A DNA stretch of 64,000 bases from Oscillospiraceae bacterium (GTDB lineage: Bacteria; Bacillota; Clostridia; Oscillospirales; Acutalibacteraceae), in NCBI GenBank assembly GCA_031288555.1, contig JAITRE010000029.1, positions 3,621 through 67,620 of the forward strand, in the 5' to 3' direction. Shown in pieces: positions 38,173-46,736 of the stretch; the stretch's first letter is position 1; each line of letters begins with the position of its first letter. The position numbers and the translations under genes are program-made. The notes beneath the pieces are model-generated. The model had not been told where the DNA came from, ran no database searches, and saw nothing but the letters and a program-made list of their open reading frames with translations.

Positions 38173-39375
38173 ATGTTTGATATTTTGCTGTGTTCCATAA
38201 GAAATATAGGAAGAAAAAAGACCAGGAGCTTTCTTACTGCCATAGGGGTGGCTATTGGCGTTGCATCGGTTGTTCTCATAGGTAATATATCTCAGTCGGG
38301 ATCTTTTGCGATAAATAACGAACTTGATAGCCTTGGACTTGATGGGCTAACAGTCAGTGCAAGTACTAGAACTGCGGATATGGAAAAAAAACCACTTTAT
38401 GATCAACATTTAGATGTAATTAAAAAATCAGAATATGTAAAACAAGCAATGCCACTTATAACAAGAAATGCTGAAGTATCTTGTCACAATTTACAAACTA
38501 ATGCTTTGGTTTTTGGAGTAAACGAGAATGCAAATAAAATAATTTCTCTTAATACTTTGCACGGCAGATCTATAAATAAATCTGATGTTTGCGGTGGTAG
38601 TAATGTTTGTATTGTAGACCAAAAGTTTTCTCAAAAATTTTATTCAAGAAACAATGTAATTGGAAAAAAAATTCTTATAACTTTAAATTTAATACCAGAA
38701 GTTTATGAAATTGTGGGGGTTGTTAAAACTGGCACAGGGTTAATTGACAATGTACTTGGAAATTATATTCCAAATTTTGTCTATATTCCTTACACAAGTG
38801 TTCAAAAAATTACTGGCACAAAGACTTTTGATCAAATAGCGGTAAAAATTAACGATAAATTTAATCTTCCAATAGAAGAAGTAGGCGCAAAATTGGCTCA
38901 ATCTTTAGAAAATCATTGTAAAGTGTATGACAAATATATATCTAACAATCTTTCTAAACAAAGAGATGGATTAATAAGACTATTAGACATAATTGCTATT
39001 ACTTTATCTATTGTTGGAGCTATATCTTTAATTGTAGCAAGCCTTAGCATAATGATAGTAATGTTAGTTTCTGTTGGCGAAAGAACGAGAGAAATAGGAA
39101 TTAAGAAATCAATAGGAGCTAGTAGAATATCTATTATGGTAGAATTCTTGTTGGAAGCCATTATAATAACATTAATAGGAAGTATTTTAGGAATATTAAT
39201 GGGTAATTCATTATTTTTTGTTGGATCCAAAATTTTTGGATTTCAATTTACTATAAAAATAGAAAATAACTTGCTTGGATTTATATTTGCAACTAGTACA
39301 GGATTAATTTTTGGAATTTATCCAGCGATAAAAGCTTCTAAAATGAATCCTGTAGATGCATTAAAATTTGCATAA
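38173..39375 (+). CDS. ABC transporter permease, MacB/FtsX type
   Basis: N-terminal TM helix, large extracytoplasmic domain, and a C-terminal FtsX domain (ERTREIGIKKSIGASR...GIYPAIKASKMNPVDALKF). Confidence 0.85.
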   Translation: MFDILLCSIRNIGRKKTRSFLTAIGVAIGVASVVLIGNISQSGSFAINNELDSLGLDGLTVSASTRTADMEKKPLYDQHLDVIKKSEYVKQAMPLITRNAEVSCHNLQTNALVFGVNENANKIISLNTLHGRSINKSDVCGGSNVCIVDQKFSQKFYSRNNVIGKKILITLNLIPEVYEIVGVVKTGTGLIDNVLGNYIPNFVYIPYTSVQKITGTKTFDQIAVKINDKFNLPIEEVGAKLAQSLENHCKVYDKYISNNLSKQRDGLIRLLDIIAITLSIVGAISLIVASLSIMIVMLVSVGERTREIGIKKSIGASRISIMVEFLLEAIIITLIGSILGILMGNSLFFVGSKIFGFQFTIKIENNLLGFIFATSTGLIFGIYPAIKASKMNPVDALKFA

Positions 39376-39480
39376 AATGAATATTTTGTATAATTAGAGT
39401 ATACGTAAAATAACATCTGACTTATTTATTGTGAAATATTATTCAATAAGTTTTTATATTTTAAGTTTTTATATTTTAAA

Positions 39481-39508
39481 GCCTTAACTAATATAAAGTT
39501 AGCAAGGC
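39481..39508. terminator. Bidirectional hairpin between the convergent permease and small-peptide genes
   Basis: GCCTTAACTAA...TTAGCAAGGC imperfect stem followed by a T-run on the plus strand. Confidence 0.45.
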
Positions 39509-39569
39509 CTTAAAAATTTTTTCATTAATTATCAAATTACTTTTTATATTTTTTATTTAAATGATTTAA

Positions 39570-39803
39570 TTATATATTTTCGTCATTTTGATATTTATCA
39601 AAAAAACTTTTACGATTTACATTGTTAAAATCAAAACGATTATTTTTAAAACCATGTTGATGATTTAAAGGTCCATTATGATTTTTGGGGAATCTCATAT
39701 CCTTTTTATTTCTATCAAATTTCAACGATAACCCACCACCTACTGATTTTAAATCACTGTTTTTTATTTTGTTATTTTTTTGTTGTTTTTTATTTTTCTT
39801 CAT
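39570..39803 (-). CDS. Small basic peptide with double-glycine-type leader (MKKNKKQQKNNKIKNSDLKSVGGG + ~53-aa polar N/K/F/H-rich C-terminus)
   Basis: ORF 39570..39809. The second ATG (39803) lies 9 nt after AAGGAAG. A TATAAT box and the 12-bp palindrome ACAAATATTTGT are upstream, and there is no hydrophobic Sec signal. Confidence 0.5.
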   Translation of the reverse strand: MKKNKKQQKNNKIKNSDLKSVGGGLSLKFDRNKKDMRFPKNHNGPLNHQHGFKNNRFDFNNVNRKSFFDKYQNDENI

Positions 39804-40076
39804 AAACATTCTTCCTTTCTTTTTTATTATTATACAAATATTTGTGATCAGTCTTATAAACAGGCAATTTAATTTTTGCAGATTCTAGCAATTTGATAAA
39901 TTAATGATTATATGGAAGTTTTTAAAATTAGATAGTAATTAATTATAAATATTTATTAATTTGTGTAAATTAAAAGAAATATTTTAAAATAAATCCTTAA
40001 ACTTTATAAGCTGTCACAATTACAATTATTTACAAATATTTTATTTTTATTCAAAATAATAATTGTAGAAAATAAT

Positions 40077-40107
40077 AAAAAAATCCCGCTGCCTAAGGGA
40101 AGCGGGA
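40077..40107 (-). terminator. Rho-independent terminator (minus strand)
   Basis: Minus strand reads TCCCGCTTCC-CTTA-GGCAGCGGGA followed by TTTTTTT. This is the strongest G+C hairpin in the region. Confidence 0.6.
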
Positions 40108-40277
40108 AAACAGGAATATTTGGATAAATAATAAAAATAAAAGTAAATGATTTTTATTTTGATATAAAATCAATTAGTTTGGAATGCAAAATAAATATAA
40201 TGTTTAATAATTTAGAAGAATTTCTAATGAAAATATTTCAAAAATTATAAACTAGGACAGGTTTTTTCCATGGAGGA

Positions 40278-40400
40278 CTATGGTGAATCAGGGATTAAAT
40301 AAGGTTTAAATTTAATATTTGCATTCACATTTAAAAATAGCAGCTCTTCGCTGATTTTCAAATCCAAAATCCTGTTATAATACCTTTTATTCCTGCTCAT
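40278..40400 (-). CDS. Candidate 40-aa small ORF (MSRNKRYYNRILDLKISEELLFLNVNANIKFKPYLIPDSP)
   Basis: Not in the ORF track. A strong SD (AGGAAGGTGAGGGG) lies ~7 nt upstream of the ATG, a GGACTT/AAGTCC hairpin sits in the 5' leader, and the terminator at 40077-40107 is downstream. Confidence 0.3.
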   Translation of the reverse strand: MSRNKRYYNRILDLKISEELLFLNVNANIKFKPYLIPDSP

Positions 40401-40820
40401 ACAAATCCCCTCACCTTCCTATTTGTTTGGACTTAATTAAAAGTCCTTTATTAATCTGTCCTAAAAATTATTTATTATTCAAATTTTTGAATTGAATATG
40501 TTTTGTTAAGTTTTAATATTTTGTAATTGATTTGGTTTCTTCTATTTCTTGTTTACTTTTTTTTTGTAAGTTTTTGTTTTTGTTTAAAAGATTTTTATAA
40601 TAATTTTCAAGTCTTTTTTCTCAAGTACTTGAACTATTAATACCTAAAAGAATACTATTTGTCTTTTTTACAATAGTGTTTGATAAAGTATTAATTTCTT
40701 TACTATCCATTATAAAATCATTACTACGCTTTATTAAATGTTGATTTGGAAACAAAAGAAAAAAATGTTAAAATTATAATTGGTTTTAAATAATTTTAAC
40801 CAAAAGAAGAGGTGCAAGCT

Positions 40821-41162
40821 TTGAATAATTATAGAATAAAAAGAATTTCTTCGAGCATTAAAAAAGAATTAAGCTGCATATTAAGAGATTTAAATAGCTT
40901 TGAAATACAAAGAAATTTATTGAGTATAGTAAAAGTTTCTGTATCTCAAGATTTGTCTGTTTGCAAAGTTTATATTAGTATATTAAAAAGTAAAGTAAGA
41001 TCTTACGACGTTTTTGCAAGTATACAATCATCTTCGAAGTTTATTCGTAAAGAACTTGCTAAGCGTCTTCAACTTAAACGCACACCTGAAATAAAATTTT
41101 ACAAAACCGATTCCATTGAATATGCTATAAAACTTAAGAAAGTTCTTGAAGATTTAAGTTAA
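40821..41162 (+). CDS. rbfA: Ribosome-binding factor A
   Basis: RIKRISSSIKKELSCILRD...VKVSVSQDLSVCKVYIS...LKRTPEIKFYKTDS. TTG 40821 follows AAGAAGAGG, although the ORF opens at GTG 40812. Confidence 0.85.
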   Translation: MNNYRIKRISSSIKKELSCILRDLNSFEIQRNLLSIVKVSVSQDLSVCKVYISILKSKVRSYDVFASIQSSSKFIRKELAKRLQLKRTPEIKFYKTDSIEYAIKLKKVLEDLS

Positions 41163-41210
41163 ACTTTTTCAAACAATAAAAAAATCAATAGATTTAATTA
41201 AAGGTGGAGC

Positions 41211-42194
41211 ATGATAAATTACGAAAAGTTAAAGAGTGTTTGTGATATTTTTCAAAATAAAGATGATTTTGTAATAATTACTCATGATAATCTTGATGGA
41301 GATGCGATTAGTTCATCTCTTGCAGTTTTTTGCATTTTAAAAAAGCTTAATAAAAAGTGTGTAATAGCATATGAAAGTAAGATTCCTCAAAATTTTAATT
41401 TTTTAATTGACGATTATTTTTTAAAAGAAAAGCCCTATGTATTGTTTGATTGTGAAGAATTTGATATAAAAGATAAATACGTTGTAAGTGTTGATTTAGC
41501 GGATAAAAAACTTTTAGGAAAGTTTTTGCAAAATATAGAAAAAATAGATCTTTGTATAGATCACCATAGAACTAACAAAATTTTTGCTGAAATTTCTTCA
41601 CTCGTAAACCCTTTAGCAGCATCAACAACTGAAATTATTTATGAAATTGCAAAATTTTTAAAACTTATCGACATTCAAATTGCAGAGTATATTTATGTGG
41701 GGATTATAACGGATACAGGAAGATTTGCTTATCCGAATGTTACTGAAAAAACACATAAAATAGCTTCTGATCTTATAAAAATTGGAGTTAGAAACGATAC
41801 TTTAAACTATAAAATTTTTGATTGCATAACTAAAAATCAAATTTTTTTAAACCAACTTGTTTTACAAACACTAGAGTTTTTCTTAAACTCAAAATGTGCT
41901 ATGATTTTCATAAATCAAAGTATGCTTTCAAAAAGTAATACTAGTAAAGAGGATATTGGTCTTTTTACTCAAATACCTAGACAAATTAAAGGTGTATTGG
42001 TGGGTGCTACTATTAAAGAAGAAAAAAAGAATGTTTATAAAGTATCTATTAGAACAAAAGTTGGTGTAAGCGCTGAAGATATTTGTAAAAAATTTGGAGG
42101 CGGTGGTCACAAAAACGCAGCTGGATTTACGGTTAAAGGCGATTTAAACCAAATAAAACAAAACTTACTTTGCGAAATAAGTGCTGTTTTATAA
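41211..42194 (+). CDS. nrnA: DHH/DHHA1 phosphoesterase NrnA (oligoribonuclease/pAp phosphatase)
   Basis: ITHDNLDGDAISS, IDHHRTN, DTGRF and GGGHKNAAG motifs. Confidence 0.85.
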   Translation: MINYEKLKSVCDIFQNKDDFVIITHDNLDGDAISSSLAVFCILKKLNKKCVIAYESKIPQNFNFLIDDYFLKEKPYVLFDCEEFDIKDKYVVSVDLADKKLLGKFLQNIEKIDLCIDHHRTNKIFAEISSLVNPLAASTTEIIYEIAKFLKLIDIQIAEYIYVGIITDTGRFAYPNVTEKTHKIASDLIKIGVRNDTLNYKIFDCITKNQIFLNQLVLQTLEFFLNSKCAMIFINQSMLSKSNTSKEDIGLFTQIPRQIKGVLVGATIKEEKKNVYKVSIRTKVGVSAEDICKKFGGGGHKNAAGFTVKGDLNQIKQNLLCEISAVL

Positions 42195-42228
42195 GAATTT
42201 TTAAAAGTAAAGCTTGTAATTTTAAGTT

Positions 42229-43140
42229 TTATTGCTTTAAATTTAAGAGATTAAAAAGATTTAAAATTGATTTTGTCGCCTCATTAACAGTTAAAACACA
42301 GTCTGGCAAGCTTTTATAACCAATAGATTTTAATTCCATAATGACGTTTGTAATTTCAGGGATAGATAAACCTATTTCTGTAAGTTTGTTGGCTTTAGAA
42401 AATATATCTATTGTTTTTCCAAACATGATAGCATTTCCATGATGTAAAACCAGCACTTTGTTGGCAATTTGTGCGACTTCTTCCATATTATGCGATGTGA
42501 AAATAACAGTATTTCGTCTTTTTTTATGATAATTAAAAATATCAAAAAGAAGCATATCTCGACTAAGAGGGTCAAGACCTGTTGTTGGCTCATCTAGAAC
42601 GATAACGTCTGGATCCATAGCAATTATACCCGCAATTGCTGCTTTGCGTTTCTCTCCGCCAGAAACATCAAATGGTGATTCGTTAAGTATTTTTTTATTT
42701 AAACCTACAAAATTCGCTGCAACTTCAACTCTTTTTCTGATTTCTTCTTTGCAAAGTCCCATATTTTTTGGCCCAAACGCAATATCTTTACTTATAGTAT
42801 CTTCGAAAAGTTGGTGTTCTGGATATTGAAAAACAACCCCGACTTTAAATCTTAAATTTTTTATATTAAAGTTATTTGACCAAATATCTTCCCCGTTAAA
42901 AAAGACTTTACCATATGAAGGTTTTAAAAGACCGTTGAGATGCTGAATGAAACTGGACTTTCCTGAACCTGTGCAGCCTATTATAGCAACGATGTCCTCG
43001 GGATAAATTTTAACGTTTATGTTTTTTATTGCAGTATTTTTAAAGTTACTGCTTAGTAAATAATTATAAGTAAGATTTTTTGTTTCTATTATAGGAACTG
43101 ACAAATTTCTCACCTCTTTATTTAATATTTTAAAAGTCAA
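42229..43140 (-). CDS. ecfA2: Energy-coupling factor transporter ATPase EcfA2
   Basis: GCTGSGKSS Walker A, VSGGEKRKAAIA signature, VLDEPTTGLDP Walker B. It follows ecfA1 by 3 nt. Confidence 0.88.
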   Translation of the reverse strand: MTFKILNKEVRNLSVPIIETKNLTYNYLLSSNFKNTAIKNINVKIYPEDIVAIIGCTGSGKSSFIQHLNGLLKPSYGKVFFNGEDIWSNNFNIKNLRFKVGVVFQYPEHQLFEDTISKDIAFGPKNMGLCKEEIRKRVEVAANFVGLNKKILNESPFDVSGGEKRKAAIAGIIAMDPDVIVLDEPTTGLDPLSRDMLLFDIFNYHKKRRNTVIFTSHNMEEVAQIANKVLVLHHGNAIMFGKTIDIFSKANKLTEIGLSIPEITNVIMELKSIGYKSLPDCVLTVNEATKSILNLFNLLNLKQ

Positions 43141-43143
43141 ATT

Positions 43144-44001
43144 TTATTTTTGTTTAAAGTCATTTGTTTTTAAAAAATTATGCAGAATGTTTGCACATTC
43201 TCTGCTGTTTAAAGGATTTCCTTTTACATTAAACCCCATTTTTTTTAGAGATAATATAAGTTTCATAGGCTGAGTTAAAGATAAATTGCAAGAACGTAAT
43301 AAATCTAGCTTCGAAAAAATATTTTTATCGCCATTATCTACTATTTCTCCATTTTTCATAACAAAAATCTTATTTGCTAACACAGCTTCTTCCATAAAAT
43401 GAGTTATAATTATGACAGTAATGTTTTGTTTTTTGTTAAGATCTAAAAGTGTTTTTAACAATTCTTTTCTTCCTTGAGGGTCTAACATAGCTGTAGACTC
43501 ATCCATTACTAAACATTCTGGATTCATAGCTAAAATTGAAGCGATAGCGACTTTTTGTTTTTGACCTCCAGAAAGTTTGTGAACAAATTCCCTTTTTTTA
43601 TCGAAAATTCCCACTGCATTTAAAGCAAAATCAACTCTTTTTCTTATTTCATCTGGATCAATACCTAAATTTTCAGGGCCAAAAGCTACATCATCTTCAA
43701 CTACGCTCGAGACTATTTGATTATCAGGGTTTTGAAGTACGAGACCAACACTAGATCTTATTTTATAAGTTTCGTTTTCATCCGATGTGTCTTTTTTTTT
43801 TACAAAAACTTTGCCTTCAGTTGGAACGAGTATAGCGTTAAAGTGTTTCGCTAAAGTTGATTTTCCACTTCCATTGTGCCCAATAATAGCTACAAATTCG
43901 CCTTTGTTTATCGTCATATTAATGTTCTTTATGGCTAAAGATTTTAAAGAATTTTTGTCATATTTGAAACTTGCGTTTTTGACTTCAATAAAAGCTTTCA
44001 T
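43144..44001 (-). CDS. ecfA1: Energy-coupling factor transporter ATPase EcfA1
   Basis: GHNGSGKST, LSGGQKQKVAIA and VMDESTAMLDP motifs. ATG 44001 follows AGGAG and overlaps the alaS TGA as ATGA. Confidence 0.88.
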   Translation of the reverse strand: MKAFIEVKNASFKYDKNSLKSLAIKNINMTINKGEFVAIIGHNGSGKSTLAKHFNAILVPTEGKVFVKKKDTSDENETYKIRSSVGLVLQNPDNQIVSSVVEDDVAFGPENLGIDPDEIRKRVDFALNAVGIFDKKREFVHKLSGGQKQKVAIASILAMNPECLVMDESTAMLDPQGRKELLKTLLDLNKKQNITVIIITHFMEEAVLANKIFVMKNGEIVDNGDKNIFSKLDLLRSCNLSLTQPMKLILSLKKMGFNVKGNPLNSRECANILHNFLKTNDFKQK

Positions 44002-46661
44002 ATTTCTTCTCCTAAACAAATCATAGCTAAAATTTCTTTGTCTATATTTTTTAGCAAATCAGGAAGCTTTTGCTTTAATTTTATTCCTGCTGTACCAAAT
44101 TTAATTGTTCCTCCACCACTTCCATCTACAAATTTTGCTAAAATTCTAACTAAATTTCCGGCATGTAATCCAATTTTTTGAGCAGATTTACTAACAAACA
44201 CCATCATTAGTAGTTTATCTCCATGAGTTAAAAAAATAATAGCGACTATATTTTCGCTTCCCTGCACTATGTTATCACACATATGTCTGACAACATCAGT
44301 TTGTATTTCTTTCAATTTGCCTACAACAATTTTTATAATGTTATCAGTTTTTTTAAGTTTTATTTTTTTAGCATCAGATAAAAATTTTTTAGCCATATTG
44401 TTGCAAATTTCAATTTCTAATTTTTTTAATTTATCAGCATTTTCTTTATTTGAATTTAAAAGATTTTCAATTCCTTTAATCAAATCGTTTTGTTTTAATA
44501 TTTTTTTAGCTTTTTCTAATATTTCGTTGCAATTTTTAAAAAGCTCTAGAGCACAGGCACCAGTAAGGGCCTCTATTCTTCTTATTCCAGAACCAACAGA
44601 AGTTTCGTTAATTATTTTGAACAAACAAATCTCGGAAGTATTTGAAACATGAGTGCCCGAGCAGAATTCACTCGAAAAATCTGATATTTGAACAACTCTA
44701 ACAACATCACCATATTTTTCTTCAAAAAGCGCCATGGCGTTAAGTTTTCTAGCTTTTTCAATAGGCATCTCGGTTGTTTCTACACTGATAGCATCTAAAA
44801 TTTTTAAATTAATATTTTTTTCAATTTCGTTTAATTGATTTTTAGTTAATTTTTCTGAATGTGTAAAATCAAAACGAAGAAGCTTATCATTAACAAATTG
44901 ACCAGATTGATAAACATGATTTCCTAAAATAATCCTAAGGGTCGAATGCAACATATGTGCAGCTGTGTGATTTCTTTGAGTGCTTTTTCTTTTATCTACG
45001 TCAATATTAACCTTCAAAATATCACCTATTTCTACGGTACCTGACTTTAAACTGCATTCATGAATGTAGACAGAAGAATTTTTTTCAACATGAATCACTT
45101 TTAAATCGACATTTTCTGAAAACATTCTTCCCGTATCAGATGCTTGACCACCTCCTTCTGCAGAAAAAGGGGTTTTATTTAAAATAATATATAGGTTTTT
45201 ATAAAATTTATTTTTATCCAGTGAAATTGATTGTAAAGAGTTGTTTTCTAAAAAAATACCAATAACTTTAGAATTAGAAGAAAAGGCGTTGTATCCAATA
45301 TATTCAGAATGAAAATTGTTGTTTAAAATTAAATTCTTCTTTCCCCAAGTGTCATTACTGCATGAAGTATTCCTAGCAATGTTTGACATTTTTTTTTGTT
45401 TTTCTATAAGTTCATTAAATTCTTCTATGTTAACAGAAAAACCTCGTTCATTCAGTATTTCTATTGTAAGATCTATGGGAAAACCGTGAGTGTCATGAAG
45501 CAAAAAAGCATCCTTACCAGACATAATATTGTTCTTTATATTTTTTAACATTTCTTCTAAAACATTTAAACCATTGTTCATAGTTTTTAAAAAATTTTCT
45601 TCTTCAAGCAATATAATTTTTTTAATACAAGAAGCGTTTTCTAAGAGTTCTGGGTAAGCAGTTTTATTTTCTTCTATAATCGCATCGCAAATTTTATACA
45701 AAAATGCATTATTAAATCCAATAATTTTGCCATATCGAATTGCCCTTCTAACAAGTTTTCTCATCACATAGCCACGTCCCTCGTTCGATGGGATTACTTT
45801 ATCAAAAGCCATAAAAACAATACTTCTGATGTGGTCCGCTATTATTTTAACTGAAGTATCATTTTTTTCATTATGTCCGTAGATTATATTTGCTTTTTTG
45901 CATATAAATTTTAAAATATTTTTTATAGAATCTATTAAAAAGAAATTATCAACACCTTGAACTACACAAGCTAGCCTTTCAAGACCCAAACCTGTATCAA
46001 TATTAGGACTTTTTAATTTCGAATAGCTCCCATTTCCATCGTTTAAAAACTGAGTAAAAACTAAATTCCAAAGTTCTATATATCTTTCACAATCGCAGTC
46101 TACATTGCAGTTCTCTTTTTTACATCCGTACTTTTTACCCTTATCAAAATAAATTTCCGAACAAGGTCCACAAGGCCCTTTTCCATGTTCCCAAAAATTA
46201 TTTTTTCTATCAAATTTCATTATTTTTTCTGGGTTTATTTTCTCTTTCCAAATTTTATAAGCTTCTTCATCTTCTTCGAAAACAGAAATAACTAATTTTT
46301 CTTTAGGCAATTTTGCAACTTCGCAAAGAAATTCAAAAGCCCAATTTATTGCTTCTTTTTTAAAATAATCTCCGAAAGAAAAATTGCCTAGCATCTCAAA
46401 ATATGTGCCATGTCTTGAGGTTTTACCAACTAAATCAATATCGAGGGTGCGCACGCATCTTTGAGAAGTAACAACTCTGCTTTTAGGCGCAGAGTTGTTT
46501 TCCATAAAAAATTTTTTCATTGGAGCCATGCCGGAGTTTATAAACAATAGACTATTGTCGTTATTTGGAATTAAAGAAAAACTTTTAAGCCTCAAATGTT
46601 TTTTTGATTCAAAAAAAGTAAGAAAACTTTCTCGAAGCTCATCTAGCTTCATATATTTCAT
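43998..46661 (-). CDS. alaS: Alanine--tRNA ligase
   Basis: 887 aa with FTNSGM-like INSGMAPMKKFF, HTAAHMLH editing motif and a C-terminal DHHA1-like domain. Confidence 0.97.
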   Translation of the reverse strand: MKYMKLDELRESFLTFFESKKHLRLKSFSLIPNNDNSLLFINSGMAPMKKFFMENNSAPKSRVVTSQRCVRTLDIDLVGKTSRHGTYFEMLGNFSFGDYFKKEAINWAFEFLCEVAKLPKEKLVISVFEEDEEAYKIWKEKINPEKIMKFDRKNNFWEHGKGPCGPCSEIYFDKGKKYGCKKENCNVDCDCERYIELWNLVFTQFLNDGNGSYSKLKSPNIDTGLGLERLACVVQGVDNFFLIDSIKNILKFICKKANIIYGHNEKNDTSVKIIADHIRSIVFMAFDKVIPSNEGRGYVMRKLVRRAIRYGKIIGFNNAFLYKICDAIIEENKTAYPELLENASCIKKIILLEEENFLKTMNNGLNVLEEMLKNIKNNIMSGKDAFLLHDTHGFPIDLTIEILNERGFSVNIEEFNELIEKQKKMSNIARNTSCSNDTWGKKNLILNNNFHSEYIGYNAFSSNSKVIGIFLENNSLQSISLDKNKFYKNLYIILNKTPFSAEGGGQASDTGRMFSENVDLKVIHVEKNSSVYIHECSLKSGTVEIGDILKVNIDVDKRKSTQRNHTAAHMLHSTLRIILGNHVYQSGQFVNDKLLRFDFTHSEKLTKNQLNEIEKNINLKILDAISVETTEMPIEKARKLNAMALFEEKYGDVVRVVQISDFSSEFCSGTHVSNTSEICLFKIINETSVGSGIRRIEALTGACALELFKNCNEILEKAKKILKQNDLIKGIENLLNSNKENADKLKKLEIEICNNMAKKFLSDAKKIKLKKTDNIIKIVVGKLKEIQTDVVRHMCDNIVQGSENIVAIIFLTHGDKLLMMVFVSKSAQKIGLHAGNLVRILAKFVDGSGGGTIKFGTAGIKLKQKLPDLLKNIDKEILAMICLGEEI

Positions 46662-46736
46662 AAAATAATACCGCCTATTTTTGAAGCTTTTTAACGAAAT
46701 TTTTAAACAAATTAAAAAGCATTAATTTGAAATTTT

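Noticed and set aside
39448-39477. Perfect tandem duplication AAGTTTTTATATTTT x2; checked as a possible CRISPR or repeat array
   Set aside because: There are only two 15-nt AT-rich copies with no spacers. It is consistent with slippage in low-complexity DNA. No CRISPR-like array exists anywhere in the window.
40510-40702. Minus-strand frame MDSKEINTLSNTIVKKTNSILLGINSSST-(TGA)-EKRLENYYKNLLNKNKNLQKKSKQEIEETKSITKY
   Set aside because: It is interrupted by an in-frame TGA, and TGA is clearly used as a stop elsewhere in the window (for example the M42 peptidase and alaS). It also has no SD. At most it is a pseudogene relic, so it is not reported as a gene.
39376-40810. Possible replication terminus / dif (XerCD) site at the switch from plus- to minus-strand genes
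   Set aside because: I searched both strands for the ATAATRTAYATTATGT core and for Bacillus-type ACTTCCTAGAATATATATTATGTAAACT. Only weak partial matches turned up (for example ACTTCCATATAATC near 39925 on the minus strand and TATAATGTTTAAT near 40197). Gene orientation also flips several times in the window, so no terminus inference is justified.
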